In this document: positions 1 through 9,420 of the stretch, piece after piece | Position numbering within the stretch: the stretch's first letter is position 1 | How the letters are laid out: each line of letters starts with the position of its first letter | NCBI RefSeq assembly: GCF_004296475.1 | Contig: NZ_AP018162.1 | Location: 120,001-152,000, forward strand | DNA from: Candidatus Saccharimonadota bacterium | GTDB lineage: Bacteria > Pseudomonadota > Gammaproteobacteria > Enterobacterales > Enterobacteriaceae | DNA length: 32,000 nt | Direction of reading: 5' to 3' | The notes under the pieces: model-generated | Seen by the model: the letters and a program-made list of their open reading frames with translations, nothing else | Told to the model about the DNA's origin: nothing | The model's database searches: none | Translations under genes and position numbers: made by a program

Positions 1-1366
1 GCCCTAATGATTTATTATCAAAAGATTTTTTTCTTTCTCCTTGTAGTATATGTATAGTAACAGCTGATTGATTATCTTCGGCAGTTGAAAAAACCTGACT
101 ATGTTTTGTAGGTATTGTAGTATTTTTAGGAATTAAAGTAGTCATTATATTTCCCATAGTTTCTATACCTAATGATAATGGAGTAACATCTAATAATAAC
201 AAGTCTTTAACTTCTCCTGCTAAAACTCCACCTTGTACTGCAGCTCCTATAGCAACCGCTTCATCAGGATTTATATCTTTTTTAGCTTCTTTTTTAAAAA
301 AATCAAAAACTTTTTTTTGTACTAAAGGCATTCTTGTTTGACCGCCTACAAGTATAACATCATTTATTTTAGATATATCTAATTTAGCATCTTTTAAAGC
401 TATTTTTACAGGATCCATTGTCTTATCTATTAAATCTTCAACTAATGATTCAAGTTTAGCTTTAGTTATTTTTATATTAAAATGTTTAGGACCATATGAA
501 TCTGCAGTTATATATGGTAAATTAATTTCAGTTTGTTGAGATGAAGATAATTCTATTTTTGCCTTTTCTGATGATTCTTTTAATCTTTGCATAGCTAATG
601 AATCATGTTTTAAATTAATATTATTAATTTTTTTAAATTCATCTATTAAATAATTTATTAATTTATTATCAAAATCCTCTCCGCCTAAATGTGTATCACC
701 ATTAGTTGATAAAACTTCAAATGTCTTTTCTCCATCAACTTCATCTATTTCTATTATAGAAATATCAAATGTACCTCCTCCTAAATCATATACAGCTATT
801 ATTTTATTACCTGTATCTTTATCTAAACCATATGCCAATGCGGCTGCAGTAGGTTCGTTTATTATTCTTTTAACATCTAATCCTGCTATTTTTCCAGCAT
901 CTTTTGTGGCTTGACGTTGAGTATCATTAAAATATGCAGGAACTGTTATTACAGCTTCTGTAACTTGTTTTCCTAAATAATCTTCAGCAGTTTTTTTCAT
1001 TTTTTTTAAAATTTCTGCTGATATTTGTGGAGGAGCTATTTTTTTATCATTAACTTCTATCCATGCATCTCCATTTTCTGAACTTACTATATTATATGGC
1101 ATCATACTTATATCACGTTGAACTTCAACATCATTAAATTTTCTACCAATTAATCTTTTTATAGCAAATAAAGTATTTTTAGGATTAGTAATAGCTTGTC
1201 TTTTTGCAGGCTGTCCTACTAACACTTCTCCATCTTTAGTATATGCAACTATTGAAGGAGTAGTTCTATCTCCTTCATTATTTTCTAAAACTTTAGGTTT
1301 ATTATTTTCAATAATAGATACACAAGAATTAGTTGTCCCTAAATCTATTCCAATAATTTTTCCCAT
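1..1366 (-). CDS. dnaK: Chaperone DnaK (Hsp70), N-terminal ~455 codons only. The gene runs off the left edge of the window.
   Basis: Absent from the ORF track because no stop lies in the window. The reverse complement from the ATG at 1366-1364 reads [58 protein letters not shown], nearly identical to the E. coli DnaK N-terminus. The frame stays open to position 2. GGAG (1380-1377) lies 10 nt upstream of the ATG. Confidence 0.95.
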   Translation of the reverse strand, partial: MGKIIGIDLGTTNSCVSIIENNKPKVLENNEGDRTTPSIVAYTKDGEVLVGQPAKRQAITNPKNTLFAIKRLIGRKFNDVEVQRDISMMPYNIVSSENGDAWIEVNDKKIAPPQISAEILKKMKKTAEDYLGKQVTEAVITVPAYFNDTQRQATKDAGKIAGLDVKRIINEPTAAALAYGLDKDTGNKIIAVYDLGGGTFDISIIEIDEVDGEKTFEVLSTNGDTHLGGEDFDNKLINYLIDEFKKINNINLKHDSLAMQRLKESSEKAKIELSSSQQTEINLPYITADSYGPKHFNIKITKAKLESLVEDLIDKTMDPVKIALKDAKLDISKINDVILVGGQTRMPLVQKKVFDFFKKEAKKDINPDEAVAIGAAVQGGVLAGEVKDLLLLDVTPLSLGIETMGNIMTTLIPKNTTIPTKHSQVFSTAEDNQSAVTIHILQGERKKSFDNKSLG

Positions 1367-1472
1367 TTTATTTATTCTCCAATATAAGTGAATATAAATT
1401 AATTTTTACTATAATTAATAATATCTATATATATAAAATTAAACTATTAAAATAAAAAAATTTAATAATTTA

Positions 1473-1739
1473 TTAATTAACTAAATAAAATAATTCATCA
1501 TTTTTTATAAAATTTAATTCGTTTCTTGCATATTCTTCTATTATTTCATAGTCATTTATTAAACTATTTATATCTTTTATTAATTTAATATTTTTTTTAT
1601 ATATTATATTATTTTCTTTTCTAATATTATTTATTTCATTTTTCACTTTAATATAATTTACTAATCCAGAATTTCTAAATATAAATGAAAACTGTAAATA
1701 AATTATTATTAATAATATTAAAATATTAATTGATTTCAT
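1473..1739 (-). CDS. ftsB: Cell division protein FtsB (DivIC family)
   Basis: 88 aa with an N-terminal TM helix followed by a coiled coil. The C-terminal EEYARNELNFIKNDELFY matches E. coli FtsB EERARNELSMVKPGETFY. Confidence 0.75.
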   Translation of the reverse strand: MKSINILILLIIIYLQFSFIFRNSGLVNYIKVKNEINNIRKENNIIYKKNIKLIKDINSLINDYEIIEEYARNELNFIKNDELFYLVN

Positions 1740-1750
1740 TAAATAAGTAT

Positions 1751-4000
1751 TTATTTAAATAAGTTTAATAAACTATCATATAAAAATTTAAAAATATTAC
1801 TTTCTTTATCTATATTATTATATACCCATAATGGTAAAAATAAATTATTACATGAATAATTTTTTTCATCTAATATAAATTCACCATCTTTATCTATTTG
1901 TATATATTTTATATCATTAGGTTTATCAATAAATAATGGTTCTAAATCTATATTGTCTAAATATTTTTCATATAATATTAACGGACCAGAAGATCCAGTT
2001 AAATTTGAAGTTTTATAGTTATCTTTACCTATCCATGATAAAAAAACTTCATTATTATTTATTCCTATAAACCAACTATCTATACAATTATTAGTTGTTC
2101 CAGTTTTTGCTGCTAAATTAAATTTATTAAATTTAATATTTAATCTTCTTGCAGTCCCTTTTCTTGCTACTTCTTGCATAGAATATAATGTTAAATATAC
2201 AGATTGTTCTGATATAACATTCTTAATAATTTTATAATTATTAATATCATATATTAAATCATTATTTTTAACTATATATTCAATAGAATATAATTTTGAT
2301 AAATTACCTTTATTTGATATTATTTGATATATTTGTAATACATCTAAAGGATTTAAATATAAAGATCCTAAAAATATTGAAGGAAATTTATTTATATTAT
2401 TTATATTTAATTCTAAACTTTTTAAAAAATTAATTAAATTATCAATACCTATATATAATCCTAGATTTATATATGGTATATTTAATGAATTCACTAATGA
2501 ATCTATTAATTTAACTTTACCTCTAAATTTATTATCATGATTTTTTGGAATCCAAAAGTTATTTTTGCTTTGTTCTATTATTATTTTTTTATCATCTACT
2601 AATGTATTTAAATTAAATTTATCAGGAATATTTAATATTAACATGTATATTATGGGTTTTATTAAAGATCCTATTTGTCTTTTATTAAAAATTCTATCAG
2701 AACATAAATTATTATAATTTGATCCTCCTATAGCAGATTTTATTTCTCCAGTTAATTTATCTATAGATATCATTATTAATTCTAAATCATCATCTTTTTT
2801 TTTAAAATTATAATTAAAAAAAGATGTAGTTATATTTAATGAATTTTGAGAATTTAAATTTAATGTGCTAAATATTTTATAACCTTTATTTATACTAAAA
2901 CTAAATTTACTATCAAATTCTTTTTTTATAATTTTAATAAATGAAGGATAAGATTTAATTATAAATTTATTTATATTTACATTAGTTTTTTTTTTTATTA
3001 GAAAATTAAATAATTTTTCATCTATTAAATTATTATTTTTTAATTTATATAATATTTCATTTCTTCTTTTTATAGTAAGATTATAATTTTTATTAATATT
3101 ATATAATGAAGCTCCTTTTAACATTGCCACTAATGTAGCTTGTTCATCTATACTAGTTTCATCTATATATTTATTAAAATAATATATACTTGCTATCGGA
3201 AATCCTATTATTTTATTATTACCATATTGACCTAAAAATACTTCATTTAAGTACATTTCTATTATTTTATCCTTATTAAATTTATTTTCTATTATTATAG
3301 AAATTATCAATTCATTTATTTTTCTTATTATATTTTTTTTATTATTTAATAATATATTTTTAGATAATTGTTGAGTTATTGTACTCCCCCCTTGTACAAT
3401 TTTAAATTTAGTTATATTAATAAATAATGCTCTAATTATAGATTTAATACTTATACCAGAATGAATATAAAAATTTTTATCTTCTGTAAGAATAATCATA
3501 TCTATAAGAGTTTTTGGAAATTTATTTTTATATAAATATAATTTACATCTGTTATTATTTTTAGAATAAATTATACCTATTATTTTTGGATCTATATTAA
3601 AATTTTTTATATTATAATTATTTATATCTTTAATACTAATTATTTTTTGATCATTAAATTTTATTTTAAATATATTTTTACTTTCATGTTTATTTGGAAA
3701 GTTAAATTCTCTTTTAAAAATCTTTATAGTATCATTATCAATGATGTACTTTCCAGATTTATTTAATTCATTTGATTTTATATATTGATTATTATTAAGT
3801 ATATCTATTAAATCTTTTTTTTTTGTATAATAATTTATATTATTAATTTTACTATATATTATAGTAGAGTTTTTTGAACATTCATTTATAGTATTAGTAA
3901 TTTTATTATTTAAATATAATATATAATTTATAAAAGATAAAAATATTAATAATAATAAAATGTAAAATTTAAAAAATATAAATTTTATAAACTTAATCAT
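1751..4000 (-). CDS. mrcB: Bifunctional class A penicillin-binding protein (PBP1B-like transglycosylase/transpeptidase)
   Basis: 749 aa with an N-terminal TM anchor. GT51 motifs EDKNFYIHSGIS and GGSTITQQLSKN are present. Transpeptidase motifs SLIKP (SxxK), SLN (SxN) and KTGTT are present. The 1B versus 1A assignment rests on overall architecture and is less certain than the class A call. Confidence 0.82.
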   Translation of the reverse strand: MIKFIKFIFFKFYILLLLIFLSFINYILYLNNKITNTINECSKNSTIIYSKINNINYYTKKKDLIDILNNNQYIKSNELNKSGKYIIDNDTIKIFKREFNFPNKHESKNIFKIKFNDQKIISIKDINNYNIKNFNIDPKIIGIIYSKNNNRCKLYLYKNKFPKTLIDMIILTEDKNFYIHSGISIKSIIRALFINITKFKIVQGGSTITQQLSKNILLNNKKNIIRKINELIISIIIENKFNKDKIIEMYLNEVFLGQYGNNKIIGFPIASIYYFNKYIDETSIDEQATLVAMLKGASLYNINKNYNLTIKRRNEILYKLKNNNLIDEKLFNFLIKKKTNVNINKFIIKSYPSFIKIIKKEFDSKFSFSINKGYKIFSTLNLNSQNSLNITTSFFNYNFKKKDDDLELIMISIDKLTGEIKSAIGGSNYNNLCSDRIFNKRQIGSLIKPIIYMLILNIPDKFNLNTLVDDKKIIIEQSKNNFWIPKNHDNKFRGKVKLIDSLVNSLNIPYINLGLYIGIDNLINFLKSLELNINNINKFPSIFLGSLYLNPLDVLQIYQIISNKGNLSKLYSIEYIVKNNDLIYDINNYKIIKNVISEQSVYLTLYSMQEVARKGTARRLNIKFNKFNLAAKTGTTNNCIDSWFIGINNNEVFLSWIGKDNYKTSNLTGSSGPLILYEKYLDNIDLEPLFIDKPNDIKYIQIDKDGEFILDEKNYSCNNLFLPLWVYNNIDKESNIFKFLYDSLLNLFK

Positions 4001-4071
4001 AAAATGATAATAATAAAATTACATTAAATTTATTATATATAACTTAATTTTTATGTAATTAATTTTTAAAA

Positions 4072-5334
4072 ATGAAAAATAATATAATATATAAATTATA
4101 TAAAAGAAATCTTATATATCAAATTTCTAATGAAAATAAATTAATAAATTATTTAAATAATAATAGTATAAATTTATATTGTGGATATGATCCAAATTCA
4201 GACAGTTTACATATAGGTCATTTATTATCTTTAATATGTTTAAAAAGATTTTATTTAAATAATAATAAAAATAAAATATTTATTCTTATAGGAGGATCTA
4301 CATCTATAATAGGAGATCCTAGTTTTAGAAATAAAAAAAGATGTATAAATTTTACAGAAAAAATACTTTTTTTTTCAAAAAAAATATCAGATCAAATAAA
4401 AAATATATTAGATATAAATAATAATAATTTATTTATATTAAATAATAATGAATGGTTTAAAAATTTAAATATAATAGATTTTTTAAAAAAAATAGGTAAT
4501 TATTTTTTAATAAATAAATTAATAGATAAAAAAATAATAAAAGAATATTTAAATTTAAATAATTTATCTTTTTCTGAATTTTCATATTCTATATTACAAA
4601 GTTATGATTTTTATCATATGTTCAAAAATTATAAAGTAAAATTACAAATAGGAGGATCTGATCAATTAACAAATATAAATTCAGGTATAAATTTAATAAA
4701 AAAAAAAACAAATATAGATACATATGGTTTAACATTTCCAATACTAACCAAAAAAAATGGTGAAAAATTTAGTAAATCTAATAATGATAATATATGGTTA
4801 GATATAAACAAAACAACACCATATAAATTTTATCAATTTATAATAAATATATCAGATTCATATATATATAAATTATTAAATATGTTATCTTTTAAAGAAA
4901 TAGAATATATATATTTTTTAAAAAATCAAAATAATACAAATTGTAACTTAATTTCTAAAAAAATATTAGCTAATTATCTAGTAAAATTAATTCACGGAAA
5001 TAATGAATTAAATATAGTATTAAAAATAACTAATAATTTATTTAAAGAAAATATATTTAATTTAAACGAATATGATTTATATCAGATATCTACATCTATA
5101 GATAAAATCTATTCTAAATTAGGAATAAGCTTACAGGAATCATTAATAAAATTAAATATATCTAAATCAAAAATTCAATCTAAAAATATTATATCTTCTA
5201 ATTCAATATTTATAAATGGTAAAGTAAATTCAGATATAAAATACATTTTTAAAAAAGAAGATATATTATATAATAAATATACATTAATATGTAAAGGAAA
5301 AAAAAAATATTATTTAATAATATGGGATAATTAA
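4072..5334 (+). CDS. tyrS: Tyrosyl-tRNA synthetase
   Basis: 420 aa. YCGYDPNSDSLHIGHLL carries the HIGH motif, GDPSF is present, and KFSKS is the KMSKS motif. Colinear with E. coli TyrRS. Confidence 0.95.
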   Translation: MKNNIIYKLYKRNLIYQISNENKLINYLNNNSINLYCGYDPNSDSLHIGHLLSLICLKRFYLNNNKNKIFILIGGSTSIIGDPSFRNKKRCINFTEKILFFSKKISDQIKNILDINNNNLFILNNNEWFKNLNIIDFLKKIGNYFLINKLIDKKIIKEYLNLNNLSFSEFSYSILQSYDFYHMFKNYKVKLQIGGSDQLTNINSGINLIKKKTNIDTYGLTFPILTKKNGEKFSKSNNDNIWLDINKTTPYKFYQFIINISDSYIYKLLNMLSFKEIEYIYFLKNQNNTNCNLISKKILANYLVKLIHGNNELNIVLKITNNLFKENIFNLNEYDLYQISTSIDKIYSKLGISLQESLIKLNISKSKIQSKNIISSNSIFINGKVNSDIKYIFKKEDILYNKYTLICKGKKKYYLIIWDN

Positions 5335-5343
5335 ATTTAAAAT

Positions 5344-5682
5344 ATGATTAAAATAAAATTCGATATAAGAAACAAGTTTGGAACTAATAATAGTAAAAAA
5401 ATAAGAAAAGATAATAAAATTCCATCAATAATATATGGTAATAGAATTAAAAATATTAATATAGTTATAGAAAATAAATATTTAATATACATAAAAAAAA
5501 ATGTTAATAAATATTTAAATAAAAAAGAAAAAATTGTATTATATAATTGTAATTCTTTATTAGAAGTATATATAAAAGAATTTCAAATACATCCTATAAA
5601 AAGAATATTTATTCATATAGATTTTATATTAATCAGCACTCTTAGCTCAGATTGGATAGAGCATCGATCTTCTAAGTCGTAG
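5344..5682 (+). CDS. rplY: 50S ribosomal protein L25, with a 3' read-through into the downstream tRNA gene
   Basis: The N-terminus KKIRKDNKIPSIIYGN matches E. coli L25 RRLRAANKFPAIIYGG. Homology ends at IHIDFILI (E. coli ends QHIDFVRA). The frame has no stop there and continues 16 codons to the TAG at 5680-5682, inside tRNA-Arg. Confidence 0.8.
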   Translation: MIKIKFDIRNKFGTNNSKKIRKDNKIPSIIYGNRIKNINIVIENKYLIYIKKNVNKYLNKKEKIVLYNCNSLLEVYIKEFQIHPIKRIFIHIDFILISTLSSDWIEHRSSKS

Positions 5683-5710
5683 GTCACAGGTTCGAATCCT
5701 GTAGAGTGCA
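5636..5710 (+). tRNA. argU: tRNA-Arg (anticodon UCU), no encoded CCA
   Basis: GC-rich island in AT-rich DNA that folds as a cloverleaf. Acceptor stem gcactct/agagtgc, D arm gctc...gagc, anticodon loop cttctaa (UCU), T arm acagg-ttcgaat-cctgt. Closely resembles E. coli argU. There is one U-U mismatch at the top of the anticodon stem. Confidence 0.93.
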
Positions 5711-5727
5711 TTAGATTTTATTTTAAA

Positions 5728-6174
5728 ATGATAAAAAAAATTTCATTAATAAATGGACCGAATTTAAACTTATTAGGTAATAGAGAAATAGATAAATATG
5801 GAAATTTAAAATTAGAGGATTTAATTTACGAATTAAATAAAGAATGTAATATATTAAATTTAGAATTATTTAATATACAATCTAATTCAGAATCAGAAAT
5901 AGTAAATTATATTCATAAATTAAAAAATAATAATATTGAATTTATATTAATAAACGCTGCATCATTAACTCATACTAGTATCTCTATAAGAGATGCATTA
6001 ATAGCAGTTTCATTACCTTTAATAGAAATTCATATAACAAATATATTTTCTAGAGAGCCGTTTAGAAGATTTTCATACATATCTGATATAGCAATTGGAG
6101 TAATATGTGGATTAGGTATAGATGGATATAAATATGCATTACATTATTCATCAAAATTTCTAAATAAAAATTAG
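5728..6174 (+). CDS. aroQ: 3-dehydroquinate dehydratase, type II (shikimate pathway)
   Basis: 148 aa. LINGPNLNLLGNRE and NAASLTHTSISIRDAL are type II dehydroquinase signatures. Confidence 0.92.
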   Translation: MIKKISLINGPNLNLLGNREIDKYGNLKLEDLIYELNKECNILNLELFNIQSNSESEIVNYIHKLKNNNIEFILINAASLTHTSISIRDALIAVSLPLIEIHITNIFSREPFRRFSYISDIAIGVICGLGIDGYKYALHYSSKFLNKN

Positions 6175-6201
6175 ATATTAATTTATAAAATAAATTAATA
6201 T
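6175..6201. terminator. All-A/T perfect inverted repeat (11-bp arms, 5-nt loop) immediately after the aroQ stop, in the aroQ/ssb convergent spacer
   Basis: atattaattta-taaaa-taaattaatat read directly from the sequence. The stem has no G-C pairs, so terminator function is doubtful. Confidence 0.2.
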
Positions 6202-6291
6202 ATTAAAAATATAATAATTTAATTTTATAAATATTAATAATAATTAAATAAGTTTTATATATTTAAATATAATATATATTAAAATTTCAAT

Positions 6292-6780
6292 TTAAAAAGA
6301 TATTTCATCATCAAATTCAGATAAAGAAGATGAAATATCATCATCTTTTATATCTTCAAAGTCTTTTTTATTATCTAATAATATATTATCTTCATTTAAA
6401 AAATCTTCTTTATTTTCTATATTTTTATTATTTTTATTTCCTAACATTTGCATTGTCCCTCCAATACTAACTATTACTTCTGTAATATATTTATTATTAC
6501 CATTATTATCTTGCCATTTTCTAGTTTGTAATTGACCTTCAACATATATTTGAGAACCTTTTTTTAAAAATTCATTTGCAATTTCTGCAAGTTTTCCAAA
6601 AAAAACAATTCTATGCCATTCAGTTTTTTCTTTAACTTCACCAGTTTGTTTATCTTTCCAATTTTCAGATGTTGCTAATCTTATATTTGTAACAGCATTT
6701 CCATTAGGCATATATCTTATTTCAGGATCTTGACCTAAATTACCTATTAATATAACTTTATTTATTCCTTTTCCTGACAT
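6292..6780 (-). CDS. ssb: Single-stranded DNA-binding protein
   Basis: 162 aa. [34 protein letters not shown]...[16 protein letters not shown] is near-identical to the E. coli SSB OB fold. Acidic tail ends FDDEISF. GAGAG lies upstream of the ATG. Confidence 0.96.
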   Translation of the reverse strand: MSGKGINKVILIGNLGQDPEIRYMPNGNAVTNIRLATSENWKDKQTGEVKEKTEWHRIVFFGKLAEIANEFLKKGSQIYVEGQLQTRKWQDNNGNNKYITEVIVSIGGTMQMLGNKNNKNIENKEDFLNEDNILLDNKKDFEDIKDDDISSSLSEFDDEISF

Positions 6781-6920
6781 ATTTCACTCTCATAATTAAA
6801 AATTAAAACTTAAAATAAAATTTATTTTAAATTATACTATATTATTTAATATTAATAATATATTATATAAATAGAATTTTAATTTATATATTATACAAAC
6901 TTATACAATTAAATATTTGT

Positions 6921-9407
6921 ATGAAAAATGATAAATTTATTTATTTAGAAGAAGAATTAAAAAGTTCATATTTAAATTATGCTATGTCTGTAATAATAGG
7001 AAGAGCTTTACCAGATATAAGAGATGGATTAAAACCAGTACATAGACGTATATTATATGCTATGAATTTATTGAATAATTATTATAATAAACCATATAAA
7101 AAATCTGCAAGAATAGTTGGAGATGTTATAGGGAAATATCATCCGCATGGTGATATTACTGTTTATGATGCAATAGTTAGAATGGCTCAAAAATTTTCAT
7201 TAAGATACACCTTAATAGATGGGCAAGGTAATTTTGGATCAATAGATGGAGATTCCGCTGCTGCAATGAGATATACAGAAATAAGAATGTCAAAAATATC
7301 TCATGAATTATTATGTGATATAAATAAAGATACTGTAAATTTTATAAAAAATTATGATGGATCTGAATATATACCAGAAATATTACCTTCAAAAATACCT
7401 AATTTATTAATAAATGGTTCATATGGAATAGCAGTTGGTGTTGCTACTAGTATACCTCCACATAATTTAAAAGAAGTTTTAAATGGTTGTTTAGCTGTTA
7501 TAAAAAATTCTAATATAGAAACAGAAGAATTATTAAAATATATACCTGGTCCAGATTTTCCTACTTCAGCTATAATAAATAGTAATAAAAATAATATAAT
7601 AAAAATATATAAAACAGGTAAAGGAAAAATATGTGTTAGATCAAAAGTATTAATAGAAAAAAATGAAGAAAAAGAATTTATAATTGTAAACGAAATACCT
7701 TATCAAATAAATAAAACTAATTTGATAGAAAAAATAGTAGAATTAATAAAATTAAAACAAATAGATGGTATATCTAATATATATGATGAATCAGATCAAA
7801 ATGGAATGAGAATAGTAATAGAATTAAAAAAAGATTTTACTAGTGATATTGTTTTAAATAATTTATATTCTAAAACTCAGTTACAAACTAATTTAAGTAT
7901 AAATATGGTTGCTTTATATAAAGGACAACCTAAATTATTTTCTTTAAAAGAAATATTAGTATATTTTATAGAACACAGAAAAGAAGTTATTTTAAGAAAA
8001 ACAAAATATTCTTTAAATAAGAATTTAGAAAGATTACATATTTTAGAAGGTATAATAGTATCTATAAATAATATTGATTATATAATTAATTTAATAAAAA
8101 ATTGTTCATCATCAGATGAAGTTAAAAATAAATTAATTAATAAAAATTTTACTTTAAATAATACATATAATTTAGATAATTTTGATAAATTAAAAGAGTT
8201 AATTCCTAAAAATATAATTTTAACAGAAACTCAAATTAAATATATATTAGATTTACGTCTAAATAAATTAATTAGTATAGAATATAAAAAAATATTAGAT
8301 GAATATATAGATTTAGTAGATAAAAATAATGAATTTAATTTATTACTAAATAGTAATAATATATTATTAGAAAATATAAAAAATGAATTAATAGAAATAA
8401 AAAATCAGTATCAAGATAATAGATTAACAAAAATAATTTTTGATGATATAGATATAAAAAAAAGCAATATGATAAAAAATGAAGATGTAGTTATAACTTT
8501 ATCTTATAAAGGATATATAAAATATCAATCATCATCATATTATATTGCACAAAAAAGAGGTGGAAAAGGAAAATTAGCCGCTAAAGTAAAAGAGGAAGAT
8601 TTTATATACAAATTATCTGTAGCAAATAGTCATGATGATATTTTATTTTTTTCTGATAAAGGTAAAGTTTATATATTTAAAGTATATAATTTACCAAGAT
8701 CTGGAAAAAATAATATTAAAGGTAAATTAATATCAAATTTAATACCTATAAGTAATGATGAAAAAATAACTTCTTTATTTCCAATAAATAATGATAAAAT
8801 TAGTGACAAAAAATGTTATATATTTATGTCAACATATAACGGTATAGTTAAAAAAACATTGTTAAATACTTTTAATAAAATAAGAAATACAGGTATAATA
8901 GCAATTAATTTAAGTGAAAATGATAAATTAATAGATGTTAATTTAACATATGGTAATAATGATATCATGTTATTTACATTAAATGGAATGGTTTTAAGAT
9001 TTAATGAAAATGAAGTAAAACCGACAGGAAGAAATACACGTGGAGTTAAAGGGATAAAATTAAGTAAAAATGATAAAGTTGTATCTATGATAGTTTCAGA
9101 TATAAATAAAAATCATATATTAACATTAACTAAAAAAGGATTTGGTAAAAGAACTGATAAAAAAGAATATTCTACAAAATCTAGATTTAAAAAAGGTACA
9201 AAATCTATTAAAATTACAGAAAAAAATGGAGAAGTAGTTAAATCTATAGAAGTTAACGATAATGATCAGGTTGTAATAGTTACAAATTCTGGATCATTAG
9301 TAAGAATAAATGTTAAAGAAATTAGTTTAATAGGAAGAAACACTAAAGGTATTTTGTTAATTAAGTGTAAAAATGAAAATGTTGTTGATTTAGAAAGAAT
9401 TTTATAA
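6921..9407 (+). CDS. gyrA: DNA gyrase subunit A
   Basis: 828 aa. [39 protein letters not shown] is present, along with the active-site AAAMRYTE and the QRDR segment [25 protein letters not shown]-terminal beta-pinwheel repeats are present. Confidence 0.97.
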   Translation: MKNDKFIYLEEELKSSYLNYAMSVIIGRALPDIRDGLKPVHRRILYAMNLLNNYYNKPYKKSARIVGDVIGKYHPHGDITVYDAIVRMAQKFSLRYTLIDGQGNFGSIDGDSAAAMRYTEIRMSKISHELLCDINKDTVNFIKNYDGSEYIPEILPSKIPNLLINGSYGIAVGVATSIPPHNLKEVLNGCLAVIKNSNIETEELLKYIPGPDFPTSAIINSNKNNIIKIYKTGKGKICVRSKVLIEKNEEKEFIIVNEIPYQINKTNLIEKIVELIKLKQIDGISNIYDESDQNGMRIVIELKKDFTSDIVLNNLYSKTQLQTNLSINMVALYKGQPKLFSLKEILVYFIEHRKEVILRKTKYSLNKNLERLHILEGIIVSINNIDYIINLIKNCSSSDEVKNKLINKNFTLNNTYNLDNFDKLKELIPKNIILTETQIKYILDLRLNKLISIEYKKILDEYIDLVDKNNEFNLLLNSNNILLENIKNELIEIKNQYQDNRLTKIIFDDIDIKKSNMIKNEDVVITLSYKGYIKYQSSSYYIAQKRGGKGKLAAKVKEEDFIYKLSVANSHDDILFFSDKGKVYIFKVYNLPRSGKNNIKGKLISNLIPISNDEKITSLFPINNDKISDKKCYIFMSTYNGIVKKTLLNTFNKIRNTGIIAINLSENDKLIDVNLTYGNNDIMLFTLNGMVLRFNENEVKPTGRNTRGVKGIKLSKNDKVVSMIVSDINKNHILTLTKKGFGKRTDKKEYSTKSRFKKGTKSIKITEKNGEVVKSIEVNDNDQVVIVTNSGSLVRINVKEISLIGRNTKGILLIKCKNENVVDLERIL

Positions 9408-9420
9408 TTTAAAGTTTAAT

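Noticed and set aside
1367-1472. Expected sigma32 heat-shock promoter (CTTGAAA ... CCCCATNT) upstream of dnaK
   Set aside because: Reading the 106-nt ftsB-dnaK spacer on the minus strand shows only A/T-rich sequence and a GGAG SD. Nothing resembles the sigma32 consensus, so no promoter is called.
4001-4071. 8-bp inverted repeat aattacat ... atgtaatt in the mrcB/tyrS divergent spacer
   Set aside because: The arms are short and separated by about 30 nt. This is well within chance expectation for this base composition, and nothing supports a regulatory role.
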